Shown: one piece after another, positions 32,446-43,436 of the stretch
How positions within the stretch are numbered: position 1 is the stretch's first letter
How the letters are laid out: each line of letters starts with the position of its first letter
Made by a program: the position numbers and the translations under genes
Notes under the pieces: model-generated
What the model was told of the DNA's origin: nothing
Databases searched by the model: none
What the model saw: only the letters and a program-made list of their open reading frames with translations
Assembly: GCA_965261735.1 (NCBI GenBank)
Contig: OZ253470.1
Span: forward strand, 3,200,001-3,264,000
Reading direction: 5' to 3'
DNA: 64,000 nucleotides
Source: Alphaproteobacteria bacterium
GTDB taxonomy: Bacteria > Pseudomonadota > Alphaproteobacteria > SHVV01

Positions 32446-33498
32446 CTACGGCCTCCAGCGGATAGCGGCATGCAGGCCGATATCGGGCGCGCCGCGGTGC
32501 AGGCCGTCATCTTCGGTAACGGCGATCTCAAGCGTCGCGTGCTCGCTGAGTCGCAACGCGCCGCCGAGACCGATCATGACACCAGGATCGGCGAGCGGCG
32601 CGACATCCGATGCACCATAGGGCGAGGAATGGGCATTGATCTGCGCCGTCAGGCTCAGATGGTCGAGGGGCCGCCAGGTCGCGCCAAGATGTCCGAAGGC
32701 AATAAATCGGTTGCCAAGGTCCGGAAGTCCGCGCGGCGCCTCCCCGGCAAGCGCTCCCAGGCTCGCACTGTATAACCAGCTGCGTGTGCCGGCGGATCCT
32801 GGCAGCGCGCCTGAGGTCTCCGCCCACAGCGAGGCCGAACGACCGCCGGAACCGGCCAGCGAGGCCTCATCGCCGGCCGGAAGCTTGACACTGCCCCGGA
32901 TCACAAGGCCGTCGTTCGGAAAGGGCCAATGCGGCACCGCATAGCCAACCCCGAGGCTGATATCCCCGAGCGAAGAAACACTCCGGCCGATATCGTAGTA
33001 GGTTCTCCCGCCGTTGGCGTAGAACAGCGCGAGGCGGTCGCGTGGCGCGCGGTCCCTGTCGCCCTGGGGCAGGTGGAACACGTCATGCCAGGTCTCGATG
33101 AACCCGTCGAACGCGCCGGCGCGGTGGGAGAGGGCGGAGACCTCGAACAGATATTCCCAGCCCTCCCCGAACCCGTGTCTCAGGGCGAGTCCCTGCCTGT
33201 GGGTCTCGCCGTCGATCAGGACCCGCTCCGCGCTTGAGTTGGCCTCGATCAGGTGTGACGCCATATCCATCGAGGCGATCAGTTCGGACGAGCCCCGCGT
33301 CATCACGCGGGCACCCAGCGAACCGGGCACACCGTAGAGGAGCTGAAACGGGTTCAGGTTGACGATGCGCAGCGGCGTGGCAACATCACCCCAGGCCAAC
33401 TCGCCGGTGGTGCCGGCACCCGGCCACAAGACCGAGAAAGCGAGCGCGCAAACAAGGCCAAGTCCCGGCCTGCCGGCCCGGCCAGGCACAGGCTTCAT
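32446..33498 (-). CDS. DUF3187-like outer-membrane beta-barrel protein
   Basis: Signal peptide; PLRIVNLNPF, IDGET, FDGFIETWHDVFHLPQG, KLPAGD, VTED..APD motifs. Confidence 0.75.
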   Translation of the reverse strand: MKPVPGRAGRPGLGLVCALAFSVLWPGAGTTGELAWGDVATPLRIVNLNPFQLLYGVPGSLGARVMTRGSSELIASMDMASHLIEANSSAERVLIDGETHRQGLALRHGFGEGWEYLFEVSALSHRAGAFDGFIETWHDVFHLPQGDRDRAPRDRLALFYANGGRTYYDIGRSVSSLGDISLGVGYAVPHWPFPNDGLVIRGSVKLPAGDEASLAGSGGRSASLWAETSGALPGSAGTRSWLYSASLGALAGEAPRGLPDLGNRFIAFGHLGATWRPLDHLSLTAQINAHSSPYGASDVAPLADPGVMIGLGGALRLSEHATLEIAVTEDDGLHRGAPDIGLHAAIRWRP

Positions 33499-33649
33499 TG
33501 GGACGCGGCGGGGCACCGGGGTGTTTCGCATGCGATCGGCAGGTACGGTTGGTTTACGCGGTTCAAGGACATCGACGGTGGGCTGGGACTCCGGCGCGGT
33601 TGCAAGCATGACAGCAAAGAAGATGCTGGCACGTGATCGCCCTGTGGCG

Positions 33650-34007
33650 TCAGAAAAGGCGCACGAAGCGCAATTCGCCGCCGGTGCGCTTGTAGTCGTA
33701 GAGCTGTGCATTGGTCGTCCGCACCTCGTGCACCAGCGACAGTTGCGGGCTGAAGCCCTTCCACGCGAAGACCCGGTTGTGCACCGAGGCCCGTAAGGAA
33801 CGGGTCCGGTCCTCCCGGGGCTCGCCGGTGGTCGTGAACGGGAACCAGTTGCCCTCGTAGTCCGTCCAGCGCAACTCGCCGCTGCCGCCCACGGCGAAGC
33901 CCCGCGGCAGGATAACCGAGGCGCCCAGTCGCAGCCACCGGCTGTCATGGCGCCATCTCTCCCTCTTCGGCTGTTCCCGCCCCCAGCCCAGCGTGGCATC
34001 CGCCCGT
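33650..34007 (-). pseudogene. Slam C-terminal remnant
   Basis: GFAVGGSGELRWTDYEGNW..HNR..GFSPQ..GELRFVRLF. Confidence 0.88.
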
Positions 34008-34312
34008 ATAGACCTTCCCGCTGCTGGGATAGACGCGGATGCCAATGCGGTACAAACCACCGCGCCCTTCCTCGACTCTACCGAGGCCATTTTTATCGCT
34101 GGATTTGCGATCTACTGGGCGGGTCTGAGTGGCGGTGTGTCGAGGTTGTGTTTTCTGTTGGTACAAAGTGGGCAGGGCCGCGTAGCTGGGTTCGGAAATG
34201 GATTGGCTTCGTTGATTTTGGGTATGAGGGAAGTTTCGCCTGCTGGGACGTCTTGGCCTTTTTCGGTAACCGCAATTCAATCCGGTGGGAATTGGGCCGA
34301 CCGCGATCGGGG

Positions 34313-34747
34313 TCAAGGCAATGTCTCGAAGGGGTCTGCCGCCTCGATGCCGAGCGGCACGAAGTGGCGTAAATTGCGCGTCAGGATGGTCAGGCCCCGG
34401 CTGCCGGCGGTGGCCGCGATGGCTACATCGGCAAAGCCCGGCGTGTGCCCGGCGGCACGGGCCTTGTCCGTCAGCTCCCCCGCCAGGCGTGCCGCGGATA
34501 CATCGAATGGCAGCACTCGCTCGCCATAGAGATGGAGCACGACCTCAAGCCAATCGCCGAGACCGGCGGCGCGGGAAGCGGATCCAGTCCGTTGCATCTT
34601 GGCGATGCCGCCGGAGACCTCGGCGACAGTCACTGCCGACAGGAAGAGCGCATCGGAGTGCGTGTCCATCCAGTCGATCAACTCGGTAGAGCGCTCGCGC
34701 CGGCCGGGCGCCCCGACCGACAGCACGTCGGTATCAACCAGGTACAG
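34313..34747 (-). CDS. vapC: VapC PIN-domain toxin
   Basis: YLVDTDVLS..SAVTVAE..D..IAATA..TRNLRHF; apparent CTG start after AGGAG. Confidence 0.88.
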   Translation of the reverse strand: MYLVDTDVLSVGAPGRRERSTELIDWMDTHSDALFLSAVTVAEVSGGIAKMQRTGSASRAAGLGDWLEVVLHLYGERVLPFDVSAARLAGELTDKARAAGHTPGFADVAIAATAGSRGLTILTRNLRHFVPLGIEAADPFETLP

Positions 34748-34756
34748 GAGACGCTC

Positions 34757-34999
34757 CTAGAGTGCGATGTCCCGTGATGGGCTCATGTCGCGCGGCGGCA
34801 GGTCTCCTTCCTCCAGCGGGGCGGCAACCAACAGCCGGCCGAAGGAAGGAACATCTCGGAGGCGGTTCCATTCATCGACCCCGACGATGACGGCGCGGGG
34901 TTTGCCGTGGCGGGTGATGACGGAGGTCTCTCCGTGCGCTGCCTCCTCTACCAGCGCTGATAGCGTCGCCTTGGCCTCCCGCAACTGAATCTTTCGCAT
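34757..34999 (-). CDS. Phd/YefM antitoxin
   Basis: EAKATLSALVEEA..GE..ITRHGKPRAV. Confidence 0.9.
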   Translation of the reverse strand: MRKIQLREAKATLSALVEEAAHGETSVITRHGKPRAVIVGVDEWNRLRDVPSFGRLLVAAPLEEGDLPPRDMSPSRDIAL

Positions 35000-35151
35000 G
35001 ACGACCTCCTCAAACGAACCAATGTAGTCAGTCTAGATCAACGTCCGCAATGGGACAATGCATATCGCGATCGGAATTCGTGCCGGGCGAGAAACTGGCA
35101 CCGGGCCACCCTGGTTTTATATGCCAACTCACATGGCGAATCGAACACACG

Positions 35152-35542
35152 CGCTGCGCGGCCCAAGTGCCGGCGTTGGCCGGGAGAAAAATAACGCCCC
35201 ATGTGCTGAGGCATACGACCGCCTGCCACCTGGTGTTCGCCGGCGTGGACATCAACACTGTGCGTGCGTGGCTCGGGCATTCCTCCATCGATACCACCAA
35301 CATCTATGCCGAAATCAACCTCAAGATGAGAACCGAGGCGATGGCACTGTGCGATGTCGCGGAACCCGCCCCGGGGCGCCCCAGGAAGGAGGACAAAGAC
35401 TTGATGGCGTTCCTGAACTCCTATTGAGCACACCAGATTATGTTGCGGCGAACCGAACTCCTTCTCCAGCAAACTCAAGGAACCGGCGGTAGCTCATCGA
35501 ACGATCCGTCAGCGCCGCAACATATGACCCCAGACAGCATAA
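35152..35542 (+). pseudogene. Right half of mini-RIT, copy 2
   Basis: Near-identical to about 23282-23672. Confidence 0.8.
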
Positions 35543-35831
35543 GAACCCCAATACTGAATGCCGGAGCCGGCGATCTTCACGCCGGTGCAGACGATGATCT
35601 CGTCCCGCTCGGGCCGCATGCGCTGCACGGCCCCGAGCGACATGACCTGGCGCGGTTGCTTGCGGGTCTTCGACTTGCCCTTGCCGGGCCAACGGACGAT
35701 CTCGCCGTCGAACGTCGACTTGTACCGCTCCACCACATAGCGGTTATCGTCGAGACCGCGCCTGAACATATGGATAAGAAAGGTGCGCGCGTTGGCGCCG
35801 GGCGCCGTGACTGTCTGCATGATGCCGCCTC

Positions 35832-38800
35832 GGCTGTGTCTCGAAAGTGGTGGAAATTTGAGGATGGCGTAATCTCCGGGTGACAAGACAACCACCCAAT
35901 CGGCGGCTAGGAGCGTGCGCCGTAGAAGTTTTGATGTTGGGCGATTGGCGCGCGGCCGCCGGAGAGGTGGGATTTTGGCCCGAGTGTGGATATCTGGCCC
36001 GCCCGACTCTGGGATGGAAATCCCAGACCGGAAGGCCGGAAGGGAAGAGATTCGCGTTTCATACGCGGTCGATGGGCACTGCGCGCCCCGGATCAAGTGC
36101 GTTGGCAGGCCAGCACCTGCCTCAGCACGTGGCCACCGTCCCCATCCGCTTGATGTTCAACGCCAAGCACACGAGGTCCCACTCGCCGCGCACCTTCGCC
36201 AAGCCTCGCAGGCTGAATCGTCGGAATCCGAGCACCTCCTTGATCCACCCGTTCGGCGCCTCCGAGAGCCACTTGCGTTGCGCGTACCGGGCTTTGCCCG
36301 CGGGGCTCGCCAGTTTCTCACCCATGCGGTGCGTGGCAGGGAGCCGGGCCGGGTCGACCGCCACCTGGGACTTGCCTTCACGCCCCAGCGCTACGTGCGC
36401 GTCGATGCCGCGATCTTCCAGCTCCAACAGATCCGGCTCGTTGCAGTAGCCCGCATCGGCCAGTACCACCGCAGGCTCGACCCCAAACGTCTCGTTGATC
36501 TCGTCGAGCATCCCCACCAGCTGACCCTGGTCGCTGGCCTGTGGCCCCACCTGAGTCGCGACGATGATCTGGTGCTCCCCATCGACCGCCATCTGCGCGT
36601 TGTAGCACTGCTGGAACCCCTCGCTGCTGGTCTTCATGATCTGGCTCTCGGGATCGGTGAAATTGCTCTGCGCCTTCGGCTCGGGCTCGCCGTAGGCCCG
36701 CTTGTAAGGCCGCCCGCCCCGGGGATTGCGGTCCTGCCCCGGCTCGCGCCCGCGCTCATCGTCGCGCCCGCGTTGCGCCGCCTCCAAACGCGCTTTGGCT
36801 GCCTGGATCGCCGCCAGGCGCTTCTCCCTGCGTTGCAACTCCTCGGGCAACTCGTCGCCCCGGAAATCCTCGCCCCAACGCTCGTCTTCTTCGGCGTCCA
36901 CCATCCCCGCCGTCGTCAGCAGCGCCTCGATCTCCGCCTGCAAGCGAGCCGCCTCTTTGCCCATCCGCTCATAGCTCATCGCCTTGCGCTTGCTCGCGTT
37001 CGCTCGCACCTTCGTCCCGTCGACCGAGAGCTTGCCGAACCGCGCCAGTCCCATCTCGCGCGCCACCTGCACCACCCCCACAAACAGCTCGCTGAACTCC
37101 GCCAGATGTCGGCGTCGGAACTCACATACCGTGCGATGTTGCGGGAAGTTGCCCGCCGCGAGCATCCTAAACGCTACATCCTCCTCCAGCTTCCTCGCCA
37201 CCGCGCGCGAGGAGAATGTGCCCGTCGCGTAGGCATAGATCAGCACCTTGACCATCATCGACGGCTCGTAGGGGGCGTTGCGTCGACCGTCCCCCTCGTA
37301 GGGCGCATAGAACGCCGTCAAGTCCAGTGCATCGACCACATCGCTGACGTGATGAGCCAGGTGCCCTGGGGAAACCCACTCCTGCAAGTCCGGCGGCAAA
37401 AGCAAGGGTTGGTCCGGCTGGTAGGCACGAAACGTGGTCGGCATCGGGAGTTCCCACACGCAACTGGCGTATCGGATCATACTTCCCCCTGCGCAAATCC
37501 ACCCACAACCCGTCCGCTATCAACTTTGCCGCGCGGACCTTTCTGCGGCGCACGCTCCTAGCACCGCCAAGGAGATCACGCCATGAAGAACACTACCGAG
37601 ACTTCCGCGCTTTCGCTACTGGCCAATGACGCCGGCTATGATCCGCTCGAGGACCGGCTGCGGGAGAACATCAGATCCACGATCGAGGCCGTTTTTGAGG
37701 AGGAACTTGCGCAGTTTCTCGGGCGCTGCCGATACGGTCGAGAGGACGCGCTTCGGCAAGGGTATCGGAACGGGCACCGGGAGCGGCAACTGACGGGGAC
37801 ATTCGGGACCGAGAGGGTGAGCGTGCCGCGTGCGCGGATCGTTGAGGAAGACGGTCGGGCGTCGGAATGGCGTTCGCGGGCGCTGCCGCGCTACCAGCGG
37901 CTGACCAGAAAGGCCGAGGCGCTGATCGCTTCGGTGTATCTGTCCGGAACCAACACGCGGCGGGTGAAACGCGCGCTGTTCGGGCTCTTCCGGGGTGCTG
38001 TGAGCAAGGACGTTGTGAGCCGGGCGTGGCGCAAGGTGAAGGTCGATTGGGACGCCTGGTGCAGCCGTGGCCTCGCGGATGAGGATATCGTTCGGCTGAT
38101 CCTTGACGGCACTGTGATCAAGACCCGACTGGACCGCAAGGCCACCAACATCTCGGTTCTCGCGGCTATAGGGGTGCGCCGGGATGGCCAGAAGGTCTTG
38201 CTTTCGATCGGGAATATGGGCGGAGAAAGCCAGGCGGCGTGGCGCCAGTTCCTCGACGACCTTGATGCGCGTGGACTGAAACGGCCCGGGTTTGTCATCG
38301 TCGATGGCGCGCCGGGACTGGAGGCGGCTCTGTCGGCGCTTTGGGGCGATGACCTTCCCGTTCAACACTGCACCGTGCACAAGCACCGCAACCTTCTGGG
38401 TCATGCTCCCAAACACATGCATGACGAGCTGAGCGAAGATTACCGCGATATGATCTATGCCGACACTGCCTCCGAGGTGGAAACCCGCCGCAAGGCGTTT
38501 GTCCGCAAGTGGCGGCTGAAATGCAGGGCCGTCGCGGACAGCCTCGCAGAAGCGGGCGACAAGCTCTTTACCTTCACGCGCCTGTCCAAGAGCCAATGGA
38601 AATCAGCCCGAACGACCAACGCCATTGAGCGTCTCAACGAGGAGTTCAAGCGCCGGATCAAAACACAGACCGTGCTGCCGTGTCCCGAAACAGTGCCGAT
38701 GCTCCTCTGGGCACTCCTCGCTTCCGGCCAAATCCAGATGCGCAAAGTCGATGGATGGGAAACCCTCGATCAGCTAATCGCCGACGAAACCCTTGACCGC

Positions 38801-38876
38801 GCAGCCTGACCGCCGCAAAACTCAACCCGCTCGGAGAGGCGCCAAAACCAATTTCCACCACTTTCGAGACACAACC
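35832..38876 (+). mobile_element. IS256-family element A, copy 2 (transposase 37583-38809) carrying a nested IS1182
   Basis: Same IRs as copy 1; TSD gccgcctc; 1394 bp after removing the nested IS and one CTAG. Confidence 0.95.
35911..37557 (-). mobile_element. IS1182-family element (transposase about 36122-37444)
   Basis: IR gagcgtgcgccg(t/c)agaa; CTAG duplication; VDGTKVRANASK, NFTDPES, YNAQ, LADAGY. Confidence 0.93.
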
Positions 38877-39116
38877 GCCGCCTCCCCTGGGATCGGTAGT
38901 TGCGAGCGGCGGGGACGCTCTCCGGGCCATCCATCCGCCGCCCTGCTCCCGGCCAGCCTCGGCCTCTTCATGGCGCGCCGGCGTGAAAGTGGCTTGTGAT
39001 GGGGACATGGTGCAACGCAGGCCAGCTGCCCTGGCGCCCAGAGTCGGCACGGGTCTGTAATATATTCGGAGATTCCGAGTATACTAGGGGCGCAAGGTGA
39101 TTTTATATTTTGGGCC

Positions 39117-39566
39117 ATGTCAGAGTCAGCGCTCATATTCGACACTCACGAGGACATCCAGGAACTGGTGAAGTCCGGCATGCCGGAACCCCAGGCTGAA
39201 ACCGTGGTGCGTCAGCGTGTCCGGCTGCTGGAACGCAACCTCGCCACCAAGGCTGATATCGCAGCAACCAACGCCGATATCGAGACGCTGCGGCTGGAGA
39301 CCAAGGCCGATATTGCAGCAACCAACGCCAATATCGAGACGCTGCGGTTGGAGACCAAGGCTGATATTGCAGCAACCAACGCCAATATCGAGACGCTGCG
39401 GCTGGAGACCAGGGCCGATATCGCGGCAACCAACGCCAATATCGAGACGCTGCGGCAGGAGACCGAAAAGCTGATAGCTCTCGGCAAGAACGATATTATC
39501 AAGTGGGTTGTTGGCGCCAATCTCGGGGTCGCCGCCTTGATCGTGGCCGCAATCAAACTCCTCTAA
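39117..39566 (+). CDS. DUF1640-like coiled-coil protein, copy 2 (4 repeats)
   Basis: As copy 1 with one 54-bp unit fewer. Confidence 0.82.
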   Translation: MSESALIFDTHEDIQELVKSGMPEPQAETVVRQRVRLLERNLATKADIAATNADIETLRLETKADIAATNANIETLRLETKADIAATNANIETLRLETRADIAATNANIETLRQETEKLIALGKNDIIKWVVGANLGVAALIVAAIKLL

Positions 39567-40779
39567 TCGCCGGCCTGGATCACGCTCAGTCAGCATCCAG
39601 CGTGGCGCCCGCGGGCAGTATGTCCGCGCCGATGCTGGCGGCGACCCTGGCCGCCGATAGCTTGATGGAATCGCGCGCGAGATGGGCGTAGCGGACCGTC
39701 GTCTGGATTTTGGTGTGCCCGAGCAGCTTCCCGATCATGCTCAGGCTCTCGCCGAGCGCCAGGGTACCACGATGAGGCCTCCAGACCCCAACACGACCTC
39801 CACAAGATATGGTTGAAAAACGCCTCGCGGGCGACCAAGCCAAACCGGTGCCGTCGACAGCGCCTCTGGCTGGATCGATGTCGAAACCACCCTGGGCGGG
39901 GCGCCACGACCGGCACACCAAACGCGCCCAGCCCAAAAAGAACATCCGGCTCCGGCCCCTCAGAAAGACCGGAAGCGAATTCTCAATCAGTGAATCTACG
40001 CCGCGACCGGCGGGTTCGAGATGACTGCCTCAGTCAAATTGGGGGCGTGCCCGCCGCAGACTCGCGCCTCTCTACACGGCACCACCAAATCTGGACCCGA
40101 ACGGCCGCTGACGAATTCCGACGACAAACGCGCGCCCGGATGCCCTGGAGTTGGATTCAATCCGCTTTCGGCTTGATTACGGCACGCCCCGCCGGATCCT
40201 GCGGACGGCACCAGAAGGATAAACTTTTCTTTAAGAAAATCAGAAAGCTAAGGGAAAAGCTTGGGAAAGAGGATTAGCCCCTATACTCAGGCTCTCCTCT
40301 CGTAGGTTGAGCGGTGGCCCCGAGACGAGGCCTGCGACTTAATCTCGTACAGCGTCAAGCGCGCTTCGGCAAGCATATAAAAACCTCTCCGCCGTGTCGA
40401 TACCGGCAACGCTCTTCCGCGTCATTTGCTTTGGAGATGAGCATCCTCGGACACGACGCGCTCCCTACCGTCCAGTCGAACAGTCAGGCCAGCGCACGTA
40501 ACCACAACTCCCGAATCAGTTCAAGCGTCGAATTTCAATGACAAGTCAATCCGTTGCCAGTCGTGGCCGACGGGCACCGCAACCCAAAAATGCCCTCCTT
40601 CTCCGGCGGCGCGGCAGCGGAAGACTTGGCCGAGCCTGCCGCATTGCGCGGCATGCGGCGACACACCGGCAAGCGCAATCCGGGCGAGATCGATCCGGCG
40701 CGCCATTTTCCCCCGTGCTTAGGCCCTTGCGAATCGGCCCCTAGGGCGGAGCCGTCGCATCGATACCCTTGGCGGAGCT

Positions 40780-41955
40780 TTAAGGCAGTATGTCCGCGCC
40801 GATGCTGGCGGCAACCCGGGCCGCCGATTCCTGCACCGAATCTCGCGCGAGATGGGCGTAGCGGGCCGTCGTCTGGATCTTGCTGTGACCGAGCAGCTTG
40901 CCGATCGTCGGCAGGCTCTCGCCCAGCGCCAGGGCACGTGAGGCGAAGCTGTGGCGGAGGTCATGGATGCGTACGTCGTCGAGCTCCGCGCCCTCCCGCA
41001 CCCGATACCAGTAATAGATAATGTGGGAGAGGCGGCTGCCCGGTTTGCGTCCGGCTATCACCCAAGGGTTGCCGGCGTCACGCGGCAGGTCCGCCAGAAC
41101 TCTCGCCGCCCCCGGCGACAGCGGAACCACGCGCGGGCCGGTCTTGCTGTCGCGGAGCCGGATCTCCTTTGCCTCCAGATCCACGTCCTCCCAGCGCAGG
41201 GTCGTGATCTCGCCACACCGGCACCCGGTAAGCATCAGCAGCCGCAGCGCCGCCGCCGCATGCACCGGGAGCCGGCCTTCCGCCTCCAGCGTGTCCAGCA
41301 CCTGCCCGAGACGGCGAAACTCTTCCTCCGTCAGGAACCGCTCCAGCCTGCGCGTTCTGTACTTGGCCACAACGCGGCAGGGATTGCCGCCGCGCGGAAC
41401 CAGACCCCAGGCTTCGGCCTGATCGAGCATCCGTGACAGCGCGCCGATAGCGTTGTTCGCCGCGGTCGGCGTCTTGCGCAGCCTGTAATGCAGGCCGGCC
41501 ACATGCTCTCGTCCGAGCGCGGTAACGGCCAGCTTGCCGTACACCGGCAATATGTGCTTTCCAATCACCTTCCTATACGCTCTCGCCGTGTTCGGCTTGC
41601 AGTGCACCGCCACGTGCTCCGAAAGATATCTCTCGGCGAGCTCGGCCACCGTCGGCCCCGCGGCCGCGGGCACGCTGGGGGGCGGTTTCGGTTCATCGCC
41701 CGCCTTGATGCGGGCGATGATTGACGCCGCCCGCCGCCGGGCCCGGTCGGCGGATATCACGCCATGGCGACCCAGGGTGACGCGCTTCGACCCGCCCGGC
41801 CCGCGACTTTGGACAAGATATACCTTGGCTCCGGAGGGATAGACCCGTACCCCGAAGCCTTGGAGCTCCCGATCCCAGAAGATGATGTCCTTGCCGTCGC
41901 CGGACAGTCCGTCGACGGTGCGCATCGACAGTGACCGGTATTGCAGCTTCGCCAT
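40780..41955 (-). CDS. Tyrosine integrase with N-terminal arm-binding domain (intact)
   Basis: WDRELQGFGVRV; LTGCRCGEI; SKTG; HDLRH; LGH..TTARY. Confidence 0.93.
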   Translation of the reverse strand: MAKLQYRSLSMRTVDGLSGDGKDIIFWDRELQGFGVRVYPSGAKVYLVQSRGPGGSKRVTLGRHGVISADRARRRAASIIARIKAGDEPKPPPSVPAAAGPTVAELAERYLSEHVAVHCKPNTARAYRKVIGKHILPVYGKLAVTALGREHVAGLHYRLRKTPTAANNAIGALSRMLDQAEAWGLVPRGGNPCRVVAKYRTRRLERFLTEEEFRRLGQVLDTLEAEGRLPVHAAAALRLLMLTGCRCGEITTLRWEDVDLEAKEIRLRDSKTGPRVVPLSPGAARVLADLPRDAGNPWVIAGRKPGSRLSHIIYYWYRVREGAELDDVRIHDLRHSFASRALALGESLPTIGKLLGHSKIQTTARYAHLARDSVQESAARVAASIGADILP

Positions 41956-41985
41956 GCCTCCGCTCCCTTTCCACGAATCCGCCTG

Positions 41986-43182
41986 TTACGCCTCGGCTCT
42001 CTGCGCGGCGCTCTCCGTCCGCAGGATGTCGGCCTCGATGCTGTCGCCCACCTTGGCCGCCGCGACCTTCTCCGCATCCCGAACGAGATGAACGTAACGC
42101 GCCGTGCTCGCGACATCCGTGTGGCCGAGCAGCCGCCCGATCATGTTCAGGCTCTCGCCGAGCGCCAGGGCGCGCGACGCGAAGCTGTGACGCAAATCGT
42201 GGATCCGCACATCCTCCAGCCCGCAGCGCCCCCGCGCGTGGCGCCAGTAGCTGGAGAGCTGCGACAGATGCCTGTCCGGTGTAACCCCAGCGAACACCCA
42301 AGGGCTGCGCGGGGCGCGGGCGATCCCCGCGAGCACCGCCGTCGCCGTGGGCGTCAGCGGTACCATCCGTGCGCCCGTCTTGGCGTCGCGCAACCGCAGC
42401 TCTCGAGCCTTTCGGTCCACATCGTCCCATCGCAGGGTCAGAATCTCGTTGAGCCGGCACCCGGTCAGCATCAACAACCGCAATGCCGCCGCCGCGCGCG
42501 CCGATAACGGGCCACCGGCATCGAGGGAACACAACACCCGGCCCAACCGCCGGTACTCGTCCGGTGTGAGGAACCGCTCGCGCATGCCTTCCTTGTACTT
42601 GCGCACGAAACGGCAGGGGTTGCCGCCAGCCGGAGCCAGCCCCCAGTCCTCGGCCAACGAGAACATCTTGGACAGCACCATGAGCGCCCGGTTGGCCGCG
42701 CGGGGGGTGTCGCGAAGCCCGTAGTGCAGCGCCGCCGCCTCCGGCGGGCCAACCGAGGTGATCGGCATCGCTCCCAGTGCCGGCAGGATGTGGTTGTCGA
42801 GCGATCCGCGGTAGATCCCCGCAGTGTGCGCGTTGCAGTTCACCGCCACGTGCGTCTCCAGGTAGCGCTGTGCCAGATCGGCCACGGTGAACGCGGGCTC
42901 CGGCGGTGCCGCCACCGGGTTCTCGCCCCTCTTGATGCGGTCGATGACGGCAACCGCCTGTTTGCGCGCCTGCTCGACGGTGAGCTCGCCATGCCGGCCG
43001 AGGGTAATGCGCTTCGATCCGCCCGGGCCGCGGCTCTGCACGACATAGATCTTGCGCCCGGACGGATAGACGCGGACCCCGAAGCCCGGGAGTTCGCGAT
43101 CCCAGAAGACGGCGTCCTTTGCTTCGACGGACAGCCCGTCGACGGTTCGTTTGGAGATTGTGAGCTCGGCTCGTCTTGGCAT
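41986..43182 (-). CDS. Second tandem tyrosine integrase with arm-binding domain (intact)
   Basis: WDRELPGFGVRV; LTGCRLNEI; AKTG; HDLRH; LGH..STARY. Confidence 0.93.
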   Translation of the reverse strand: MPRRAELTISKRTVDGLSVEAKDAVFWDRELPGFGVRVYPSGRKIYVVQSRGPGGSKRITLGRHGELTVEQARKQAVAVIDRIKRGENPVAAPPEPAFTVADLAQRYLETHVAVNCNAHTAGIYRGSLDNHILPALGAMPITSVGPPEAAALHYGLRDTPRAANRALMVLSKMFSLAEDWGLAPAGGNPCRFVRKYKEGMRERFLTPDEYRRLGRVLCSLDAGGPLSARAAAALRLLMLTGCRLNEILTLRWDDVDRKARELRLRDAKTGARMVPLTPTATAVLAGIARAPRSPWVFAGVTPDRHLSQLSSYWRHARGRCGLEDVRIHDLRHSFASRALALGESLNMIGRLLGHTDVASTARYVHLVRDAEKVAAAKVGDSIEADILRTESAAQRAEA

Positions 43183-43436
43183 CGGATCGGGTCCCCGTTC
43201 CCCGTTCGAAACCGTTCGCTTCTCGCTGCCGATCGCCGTCTTCGGTATAGTAAGCACTACGGAAGCGATCGGGATCAAACGCGTGCGCATTGGAGCACGT
43301 GTTTGGCGCGGGGTCAATGGATCAGAGAAGAAATCAACCTATTGTAATACCGTCATTTATCATAGCTCTGCGTATGTTTGCGCACGTGTGTCGCCGAAAG
43401 TCAGTTTTGTATTGTGTATTAAGGAAAGCCTCGAAG

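Noticed and set aside
40140-40213. tRNA gene ending ggcacca
   Set aside because: No cloverleaf or TTCGA T-loop could be built; at most an att remnant
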